Position numbers and translations under genes: made by a program. A DNA stretch of 63,399 nucleotides, the filler included, from Craspedostauros australis (Eukaryota): the NCBI GenBank assembly GCA_030167865.1. It is 5 parts of 5 records of this genome, joined end to end, with 100 filler letters (N's around TTAATTAATTAA, not from the genome) between each part and the next. Parts side by side here need not be neighbours in the genome. Positions count along the whole stretch, not along the records: positions 1 to 22,924 come from JALAGF010002854.1; 4 more parts are not named here. The stretch is one strand, 5' to 3'. Numbering within the stretch: the first letter of the stretch is position 1; each line of letters opens with the position of its first letter. Positions 10,549 through 19,052 of the stretch are shown in pieces. The notes beneath the pieces were generated by a model, which worked only from the letters and a program-made list of their open reading frames with translations, did no database searches and was not told where the DNA came from.

Positions 10549-13488
10549 TCACGACCGCTGCACCTTGAAGATGCGGCATCCATGGTCGGACGATCCTGTG
10601 GCGAGGTAAAGAGGTTGCGCATCATTCCCCGCTGCTGTGCTCATTGGTCGCCACGCCATCTTCGTCACCGTCGAGATATGGCATTGCTCTGGCGGAAGGC
10701 ATTGCATCAACGTGATTGTGGCAGCCTCATCATCCTGCTGCAAAAATCCAACCGACCACAATTCGATCATTCCGCTTTCCAATCCCAACGCCAGCACTGC
10801 ATGACCGCCCGACAGAGACGCCGGTGCGAAGCTGACGCTTGTCACGGATTGCGGCTTGCCATTCGGAAGCTTTTCCATCGGATGGAACTCGCCGATCTTC
10901 TTCATCTCCACCTCGATCGACGCGTCGACGGATCGTTCCACCAACCGCCACACCTTGACGCTGCCATCGCGCGACGCCGATGTCACGATGGTCGGATCGA
11001 AGGGACAGAAATGCACGCTCCAAACGATGCGCTTGTGCGCGCTGTCCATTGCGGATGCCAGGACGAATGGTTCGTTGTCTTGCGCAGCTCGTCGCCAAAT
11101 GCATAAGCGCCGATCCTTGCCGGACGACGCCAGGTACTTGCCATCGGGTGAGAAGCTGAGCGCCGCGACCGTGGATTTGTGGCCACCCTTCAGGACCTGC
11201 ACGCAGATGTTGGCCTCCACGTTCCATAGTCGGATGCAGGCGGCTTCCACGTCACGCGCTTTGGCGGATGATGCGACCAGGAGGTCATTTGCGTATGGGC
11301 TGTCCTTGTATTGCGGTCCTGTCCGGGCCGAGACCGTCGATGTGAGACGGAACAATTCCGTGTCGTGACCGTACAGCTTCTGTGCTTCCGGCCACAACGA
11401 CACGGCGCCCAGGTCGCGTTCCAATGGAAGCTTGCCCGCCGATACGGACAGACCCATCGTCGTGTCCTCTTCGGCAGCATCTGCCGCGTTCGCCTTGTTG
11501 CTGAGACCAAGACTTGGTACGTACGCTCGCTCGACTCGTTCTATGTTGTCATCGATGATGGACGGCGCGTTGGACAGGGAATGGAACAGACTGAGAAACG
11601 AACGCGTTGCATCGAATGCGCGCAGCTCCTTCTCGTCGGCCCCGCTGGCGATCAAATGTGGATGAGATTCGCACGAAATGGATGAAATTGCCGACAGATG
11701 ATACCCGTGCACCTGCGGACGTGCGAGCTCTATCCAAACGTCGTCTTCGCTGTCGGAGCTTGCCACAGTACTTGGCATGCTGGGCACCGGTGCCCATATC
11801 CGGCATGTGTGATCGGCGCTTGCGGTGAGAAGATACCTGCCGTACACCGCCTCCCAGCAAACGTCATTGACGCCATCGAAGTGGCCCGTGATACACGGTT
11901 CTGCATTCCACGTCACGTGTATGGGTTCTTCTTCATCTGTCTTTTGCTCCTTCTCGTCGCCGTCATCACGCACATTCGATCGATCTGTGTGGCACGAGAA
12001 GAAATGCATCGCGCCACCATAGCTGTGGCCAAGGATCCACCGACCGTACTTGGGCTCGATCTGGGTGTTGATGAAGCCAAGCAAACTGGATCCGATGGGA
12101 CCACCGAGGATTCCGCCGGCACTTCCGACACGCGAAATGGGAGTCCATACGCCGCTTTCATCATCCTGACTCCAAATGAAGATGGCGCGATCCATGCTGC
12201 TGGAGACGATGATCATATCCTGGCCGTAAATGGATTGCGGATCCGGGTGGAAGTTGACCGATGCGATGCGTTCTTCGTGGGCGATCAAGAGCGCCTCCAG
12301 CGTGATAGATGTGACCTTGCTGGTATTCCCGTTGTTGTGGTATATCTCGAGCCTGGATTCTCCTTCTTCCTCCTCTTCATCGTCATTATCATCGGCACTG
12401 TCGTCATCACCCACATCATCACCAACTGGTTCTTCCTCTTCTTCATACTCAGCATCATCGCCACTCATGGTTGTTGTGGCCGTTGTTGTCGCTGTGGAGA
12501 ACTTCCACAATCGAATCCTTGCGTCTTGGCTCCCGCTGGCGAGCATGTGGAACGCGTTCGATGCCGTGGCAACCCGTGTCCATGCGAAGCAAGACACCCA
12601 GTCCTCATGACCCATCAATGCACCGCAGTAATGCGACTTTGCTGCCGTTGTGGCTGTTGTCGTTGCTGTCATGGACAACGTGAAGATGTGGATTTTGTTG
12701 TGCTTCGGAGCAGCCGTGCCCACGACGATGAGCGAAGTGGCACCACAGTTCGCCGCATCTGCATTTGCATCATCTTCCATCTCCACAATCTTGATCGCGC
12801 TGGATGACGTCTTGACCAGCATCTGATACGTGAATGCCGCCTCTTCATCCACGGGAAACTCCAGGCAACTCGCTCCGCCCGAATTGCTGATGACAACGAC
12901 CAAAGTCCCATCCGCCTTGACGCGCCCATCAATATCTGTCACGGACCGCGTGATCATACCACGATCCAACTCGCCGCTATCGAAGCGATCCTGCGATATC
13001 AGGTCCACATGCACCAGCGGCCGTTCCTTCCATTGCGACGCGGTGCGCGTCCATGACGTGATGGTGCCGTCCGAAAACCCGCACAACAGCACGACAGCGT
13101 CGCTGCGTGACGGTAGATACGCCAGAGAGGCGATGACGCGACGTGCCGTCGTGGAGACGGTCGTCTCCGTGGCCTGGGTCTGCGTGCGCAGCGTCTCATG
13201 GACGTTCCAGACAGTCTCCGCATCGCGTCTGTCGTTGGGTTGAACGCAGGTGCGTCTTGCGATGTTCAGCATGGCGTGCGACGCGTAGACCAGATCCGTG
13301 GATGAGGTATCTGCGGTGCTGCTGTTGCACGGAGCGGCGGATGCAGTGGCGGATGGAATGCAGGCCAGCACCTTGGATGAGGAGTTTGCAGCTGCGCCAT
13401 GATGCACCAGACTGCACGTTAGCGCGGTGTTATCTGTTGTGTTTGCTGACATTGCTGACATTGCTGACATTGCTGACATTGCTGACAT
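10549..13488 (-). CDS. ELP2: Elongator complex protein 2 (WD40 repeats)
   Basis: Motifs GHEDWV, LASGSQDARIRLWK, LEALLIAHEE, SSSMDR, ITGHF, ELARPQVHGY, SGADEK, PSLGLSNKA, LWPEAQKLYGH and AHKRIVWS. Start placed at the first ATG of the MSA repeat. Confidence 0.92.
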   Translation of the reverse strand: MSAMSAMSAMSAMSANTTDNTALTCSLVHHGAAANSSSKVLACIPSATASAAPCNSSTADTSSTDLVYASHAMLNIARRTCVQPNDRRDAETVWNVHETLRTQTQATETTVSTTARRVIASLAYLPSRSDAVVLLCGFSDGTITSWTRTASQWKERPLVHVDLISQDRFDSGELDRGMITRSVTDIDGRVKADGTLVVVISNSGGASCLEFPVDEEAAFTYQMLVKTSSSAIKIVEMEDDANADAANCGATSLIVVGTAAPKHNKIHIFTLSMTATTTATTAAKSHYCGALMGHEDWVSCFAWTRVATASNAFHMLASGSQDARIRLWKFSTATTTATTTMSGDDAEYEEEEEPVGDDVGDDDSADDNDDEEEEEGESRLEIYHNNGNTSKVTSITLEALLIAHEERIASVNFHPDPQSIYGQDMIIVSSSMDRAIFIWSQDDESGVWTPISRVGSAGGILGGPIGSSLLGFINTQIEPKYGRWILGHSYGGAMHFFSCHTDRSNVRDDGDEKEQKTDEEEPIHVTWNAEPCITGHFDGVNDVCWEAVYGRYLLTASADHTCRIWAPVPSMPSTVASSDSEDDVWIELARPQVHGYHLSAISSISCESHPHLIASGADEKELRAFDATRSFLSLFHSLSNAPSIIDDNIERVERAYVPSLGLSNKANAADAAEEDTTMGLSVSAGKLPLERDLGAVSLWPEAQKLYGHDTELFRLTSTVSARTGPQYKDSPYANDLLVASSAKARDVEAACIRLWNVEANICVQVLKGGHKSTVAALSFSPDGKYLASSGKDRRLCIWRRAAQDNEPFVLASAMDSAHKRIVWSVHFCPFDPTIVTSASRDGSVKVWRLVERSVDASIEVEMKKIGEFHPMEKLPNGKPQSVTSVSFAPASLSGGHAVLALGLESGMIELWSVGFLQQDDEAATITLMQCLPPEQCHISTVTKMAWRPMSTAAGNDAQPLYLATGSSDHGCRIFKVQRS

Positions 13489-13490
13489 TG
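13443..13490 (-). repeat. 9-bp tandem repeat (TTGCTGACA)x5 encoding MSA x5 at the ELP2 start
   Basis: Direct reading. Confidence 0.9.
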
Positions 13491-14063
13491 GTTCTTTGTT
13501 GCTCTTGCTTGGTCTATCAAACAAGTGGATGGGTGAATCAATGAATGAAGGAAAGCTTGCATGCACTCTGATGTCCTTTCCGTCTTGTGTTGTGGTTGAT
13601 GTGGGAGATGGCGACGTCTCATTTCTTTGTTTGTCGCTTTCTTGGTTGGTTTGTGTGGACGTCTCTTGATTACGGTACTATATAATAGGGATACTTGAAT
13701 TCAATATACCACGATAGTATCTTGAAATTGGTCTTAATAACGAATGGCAGCATTTCATATCTATGTCATAGTATACGAGAAGCTCCACGGTTGCTCCGGA
13801 ATGGGAATGTTGTCTCCTCTGCACCAAGAGATGTCTCTCCAGTCGAGGAGTCTCAACCACAACTCACAGAGAGCAGCATCACATGCCTTTGTCACGCCAT
13901 AGCCCGTACGTACTCCAGCTGTATGCCTTCCTACGACTCTGTTGGCAATCATTCGAACGATCGACAACGTATGGACGGAAACCAAGCCAAGTCAACCTCG
14001 TGGCACAAAGGACCTCCCTCACGTTTGTCTTGTCTTCTCCATGTACTGGAGTATGCTCTATGC

Positions 14064-16772
14064 TTAGTCATCCTTCTTCTCCAATCCCTGACGACGGACC
14101 CACTCGGTGACGAGGTTGGAACCGTATCCGGTGGCTCCCGAAGCAGTGTCCCACACCGGACCAGCGATGTCAATATGCGCGAACGGCTTCTTCTTGTCGA
14201 CGAAGTTCTGCAGGAAGAGGGCCGCAGTGATGGACCCTCCGTATCGCTCGCCGATGTTCTTGATGTCGGCGATCTTGCTCTCCAGCTGCTTGTTGTAAGA
14301 TTTCTCCATGGGCATTCTCCACGTCTTCTCGCCCGTCACCTTGGCAATGTCGAGCAGCTCCTCGGCGAGATCGTCGTCGCTGGTCCAGAGTCCCGAAATG
14401 GAGCTTCCCAACGCGATCATGCAGGCGCCTGTCAATGTGGAGAGCTCGACGACGGATTCGCAGTCCAATTCCTTGTCGGCGTATACGAGGGCGTCGGCCA
14501 TGGTCAGACGTCCTTCGGCATCGGTGTTCAGCACCTCGATGGTCTTGCCATTGGAGGCTGTCAGGATGTCGCTGGGGACGTATCCCTTGGCGTTGATCAT
14601 GTTCTCGCATGCCGCAACGAGGAAGTGTGCTTCCACACCCGGTGGCTGCAGAGCGGCGACGGAACGGGCGGCGCCTGCGATAGGAATGTTTGTTGAGGGT
14701 GGAGTACAGTGTTGCGGAATTGCAAACGAAGTTGCGTGCGCCATAATAATGTTGTGAGAAATGAGTTTGATTGATATGAAACGACGCAGCACACAGTGAC
14801 GACGAGGTGAAGTTGTTCGTTCGTTCGTTGGTTGCTTGTTTGTTCGTTGGTTGCTTGTTTGTTGTTTGTTGATACTGTCCCAGCACTGCTGCGAATGTAC
14901 CATTGAAACCTGATCAGAGCCAAACAAGCAATGAAGAATACCCTTGCTTCAACCCTCAAATAGTCATACTCGTAAGCCGGCAATGCAGACACGTACCAAG
15001 CACAGCGGCGGAACCTCCACAGTCAAACTTCATGAGCTCCATCATGGCGGTCTTGATGTTGTAGCCACCGGTATCGAACTGTGCGCGTGCAGAAGAGAGT
15101 GGAATGAGTATTGTCACGAAGGCGGGATGGAGTGGAGTGAGTGTGAGTATGCTTGCAACTGCAAAGTAGGAAAAACGAACGACGAACAACGAGTTGGTTG
15201 AAGCTTGTAGTGTGCATTCATGCATGCTCATGTGGTTTCGCCCATACAATCAACCTCGCTTGGCCATGACATGCTCCTTGCACCCATCATCAATCATCAG
15301 AAGCTTTCGTCCACAACAGCACAACACCATGACACTTGCGGACAAGCCAGCAATCCTTCAGACAAAACCACAGGCAACCAATACAATAATCAAACTCACC
15401 AGCAAACCCTTGCCGACGATTCCGACACGCTTGTTGACCTTGCCATCCGGTGGTGTGTAGGTGAGATGGATGAACTGCGGCTCGGTCTCGCTGGCGCGCG
15501 CAACACCGAGGAATGCCCCCATGCCGCGCTTCTCACATTCATCCTTGTCCAGGATGGTGCACTTGAGGGTGCCGCCGCTCTCTTCCGCGATCTTCTTGGC
15601 CGTGTCAGCGAGGCTGAGCGAGTTGAGGACGTTGTGCGGTGCATTGACAATATCCTTGCACATGTAGGTTCCCATGGCCAGCTTGTGACCCTTGGCGATG
15701 GCGTCCGCAGCAGAATCCGAGACGCCGCCTTCCGCGACGAAGGTGACGGCGGACAGATCCTCGGCCGGGTCCTTCTTCTTGTCGCCCGTGCGGAATCGAT
15801 TGTCGGCGTAGAGATTGCCGTAGAAACCGGCCGTGACGTCCGTGAGGAAGGCATCGTCCGATGCGGAATCGCCCGGCAGGACGAGCTTGGCATTGGCGAC
15901 CTTTTTCTCTTCATCGCACTTCGTGGCCAACGCTTTTCCGACGCCAGCTCCGACATCCAACAGTCCATCTTCGCTTTCGGCTGGTCCGAGACCCACGACA
16001 GCATAGCGCTTGAAGGTGCCATCCGCAAAGACGCGCAGAGTGGGTGTGGTGGAACCGGCCGATGCACCGTTCTTGAAGGATTTGAAGTTCTCCAGCATGA
16101 GCTGCGAGATGGCGCCACCGAGCTTTTCGTCCAATGCCTTTGCCGCTCCATCCAGTTCGACGGTTGGTTCCTTCTCCTCTTCATCCTCATCCTTGCCGTC
16201 ATCTTCATCTTCCTCCTTCTTGGGTCCGAACACTCCCAGCAAGACCAGGTCGGCATCTGCGGCGTAGTCGGCGGAGGCATCCTACAGTTTATTAGAGAAG
16301 TGGTTTGTAATTGCATTGCATTTCATTTCATTGCATTCATGACAGCGTGGAAGATGGAAGGAAAGAGAGATGCAAGTTGTGACTGGTCAGTGCGAGCAGC
16401 TTGAACCAAACCAAACCAAACCGAATCAAACCAGAGCATGATGCATGCCACAGCTCCACCGATGGTCGAGAAGAAACTTACGACGATAGTGGGTGTGACA
16501 TCCTTGAGTTCGGTCCACGCCATCTCCGTGCATGGCTCATCGTAGGTCCATGTCTGGAACGGCGTCTCTTCATCGCCGGCAGCCGAAGACAGAGCCGTCT
16601 TGGTGACATGTCGGATAGGAGATGCGCCAACGACGGCAAAGGACGATGGATGGGCATGGTGCACAGAGAAGGCGCCGACGATCAATTGGCGTTTCAAGTA
16701 GTTGGGCACGACCAACGAGATGGCCAGCGCCATGCTGCTGCGATGCGGAATCATGCGGGTCAATCTCATCAT
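14064..16772 (-). CDS. LAP: Leucyl aminopeptidase (M17), probably plastid-targeted; exons 16772-16482, 16281-15400, 15078-14997, 14674-14064
   Basis: [49 protein letters not shown] and AHIDIAG. Three phase-compatible GT-AG introns. Leader contains IVGA-FSV. Confidence 0.92.
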
Positions 16773-17092
16773 GGTGTGTTGCCGCGTATCCTTTTTCTGT
16801 TTTGTGGCAATCTAGGCGCGTTCTTGTTGACGTTGGGGTGCTGATGATGTGTCAGTATCGGATGGTTGTTGTGTTGTTGTGGTGTTGTTGTTTCCTTCTT
16901 TGGTTTTTGATGGGTGTCACCCTTTTGGATCGCGTCTGTTGATGTGCGTTCGAGTTGACGTGGCGGGTGCAAGTCCTTGCGATCCAATCAATCAAAGATC
17001 TTCCAAAAATCTTGGTGGCGTTCCCTTGTTCGCCCGCATTTCTTGATGCCAAGAGGGAGGCGGGCCTTTCTCTTTTGGCGCAAGTCGGCTTC

Positions 17093-17226
17093 TGTTGGCA
17101 TACGGTCGCAGACAGACGGTGCAGCAGCACACACCCATGGTCACAGCCTCTGCCAGATCGGAGATAATCACAATAATCACATCATCACACACACAACACA
17201 TCACGTATTGTCTCCCGATCATCACA
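17093..17226 (+). repeat. Putative 5' LTR (TGTTGG...ATCACA)
   Basis: Ends in CA immediately before the PBS. The TG start is a guess because the 3' LTR is not in the contig. Confidence 0.45.
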
Positions 17227-17235
17227 GGTTATGAG
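17227..17235 (+). promoter_or_regulatory. Primer-binding site GGTTATGAG (complement of tRNA-Met anticodon arm CUCAUAACC)
   Basis: Directly follows ...CACA and precedes gag; same type as the half-tRNA PBS of Ty5/copia. Confidence 0.7.
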
Positions 17236-17360
17236 GAAATAAGCTTTAAGGCTCATCCTGCTACTCTGTACCCTCTGCTGTTGTTGGAAATCCACATCCG
17301 CACAGCTCCTTTCTTGCCCTGCTTCCTCGCTCTCTTTTCCGCTTCCATTCTTCGCACATC

Positions 17361-19031
17361 ATGCCCGCCAAAACCGACAACCTCGATTCTGAGGAACTCA
17401 AAGGTCTCGCGTCTCTCTTCGCGCGCCTCAACTGGCATTGGGCTGGACACTTCGTCACCGGCGCCAACCTTCAAGACACGCTGGACCTCTGGGACTTCCT
17501 CGAGCTCGACGATGCGCTGTTCGACGCCTTCTTCGCGAACTGGCCCAAGAACTCGGTTACGCGCGAATTCGGACTCCGCCAACTCCGGCGCTACTACCAG
17601 GACCACCCCGACGTTGCGTCTTGGGTTGATGTTCTCAGTCGTGACGACCTGCGCAAGTACAAGCGTGATGGCAAGCCGGCCGCTGTGCCTCCACCGAAGG
17701 TGCCCCCAGCCGCGCAAGCCGCTGATTCTACCGACGTCGTCGCCGATGCGTCACTACCTGGTCACTACAGCCCTTCTGACGCTGCTGCTGGTGCCACGAC
17801 TGCGCCACCTCCGGGCTCTGTGCTTGGCACTGAGGAACACCCGCTCGATATCCCCGACGCGGGCCGTGAGCCGCTACCAGGTGATTCTACGGACTACATC
17901 ACTGGGTCTGGTCTTCCCTATGCTGCCGCCAATGGCAACCCGTCCACGCTCGCGCACTTCTCCTACGAGGCTGTGCTCTCTCCTATCGAGCCTGACAGGG
18001 ATGCTGCTGGGTACTGGCAGCGCTGGGTGGCCAAGCTCGTGGTGGACCAGCCTGCCGATGTGCTCAAGTGGTACACCCAGTTTCAGGGTGAGGCTGATCG
18101 CGTCAACATTGCGCTCGTGCCTTTGTCCCACTTCAACGCCAGGTGCTCGCTCATCCCCAAGAATGCCACTCGCGCCATCGTCATGCGCTCTGGTGTGCAG
18201 CTCAATCGCAAGCTTCAAGAGGATGGCATCCTTGACCTCTCCGATCCGTCTGTCAAGATGTATCACACAGCATGTTTTGGCGTGGTGCCCCATCGCCTGT
18301 CTGGGTACATGCTCTTGCACCAGGTGCTCCATGATGCCTTCCAGCGCATCGAGCGCACTGTCAGCCAGGCTCCTACCTACTCTGACTTCCGTGACGTCGT
18401 GCTCTACGCTGATGCTCTCCTTGCGTACCAGCAGACTGAGACTGTCGTGCACAAGCGCATCTTCACGGACGTTGAAATGACGCGTCGATTCCTGGAAGAC
18501 CTTCGCGCCAGTGGCCTGGACGTTGGACACTTAGTCACTTCGCTGGAGCTTCTGCCACAAGGCAAGCGAGTGCCGCCCCATCTCCATGTGTCAGCGCTGG
18601 CCAGGACCATCCACTCTGATCCCACCGTGCCTACTCGCCCCACTGGGCACCGCGCCCAAACCCGTTCGTCCACTCGACAAGGTGCAGGTGGCGGTTTCCG
18701 TGGTGAGCGCAAGCAATCGGCGTTTTACCAACCTGACAAGGACGCTTTTTGCACAGCTTGCAGGCGTGGGGGACACAAGGCTGAGTCCTGTCTCAATTGG
18801 GCAAGACACCTTGCCTTTGCCGAGCTCCGTGAGTCTGAGCCAGCCCTGGCGTCCACAGTCCTTGCGAAATTCAAGGAGACCTACACCAAGGACAAGTCTC
18901 GAGCCCTCGCCAGAGCGCTTCGGCTGACTCACGCCGGCCTTGGTGACGACGACGACCTTGACGATGGCGCTGTTGTTGCGCACGTTGAGGACCTGCTGCT
19001 GCAGGATTTTGTGCTTGCTGGCCAGGACTAA
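17361..19031 (+). CDS. gag: Retrotransposon Gag
   Basis: 556-aa ORF with CCHC knuckle CTACRRGGHKAESC, located upstream of pol. Confidence 0.88.
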   Translation: MPAKTDNLDSEELKGLASLFARLNWHWAGHFVTGANLQDTLDLWDFLELDDALFDAFFANWPKNSVTREFGLRQLRRYYQDHPDVASWVDVLSRDDLRKYKRDGKPAAVPPPKVPPAAQAADSTDVVADASLPGHYSPSDAAAGATTAPPPGSVLGTEEHPLDIPDAGREPLPGDSTDYITGSGLPYAAANGNPSTLAHFSYEAVLSPIEPDRDAAGYWQRWVAKLVVDQPADVLKWYTQFQGEADRVNIALVPLSHFNARCSLIPKNATRAIVMRSGVQLNRKLQEDGILDLSDPSVKMYHTACFGVVPHRLSGYMLLHQVLHDAFQRIERTVSQAPTYSDFRDVVLYADALLAYQQTETVVHKRIFTDVEMTRRFLEDLRASGLDVGHLVTSLELLPQGKRVPPHLHVSALARTIHSDPTVPTRPTGHRAQTRSSTRQGAGGGFRGERKQSAFYQPDKDAFCTACRRGGHKAESCLNWARHLAFAELRESEPALASTVLAKFKETYTKDKSRALARALRLTHAGLGDDDDLDDGAVVAHVEDLLLQDFVLAGQD

Positions 19032-19052
19032 AACTGTGTCCTGGTGAGCAGC
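19004..19052 (+). promoter_or_regulatory. -1 programmed ribosomal frameshift signal (G_GAT_TTT + downstream stem-loop)
   Basis: Heptamer at 19004-19010 is phased in the gag frame, inside the short gag/pol overlap (18989-19031). Hairpin 19016-19050 follows. Confidence 0.8.

Noticed and set aside
11698..12807. 369-aa plus-strand ORF opposite ELP2
   Set aside because: Antisense shadow; no independent coding signal.
15220..16404. 394-aa plus-strand ORF (also 13695-14696) opposite LAP
   Set aside because: Antisense shadow of a codon-biased real gene; no motifs.
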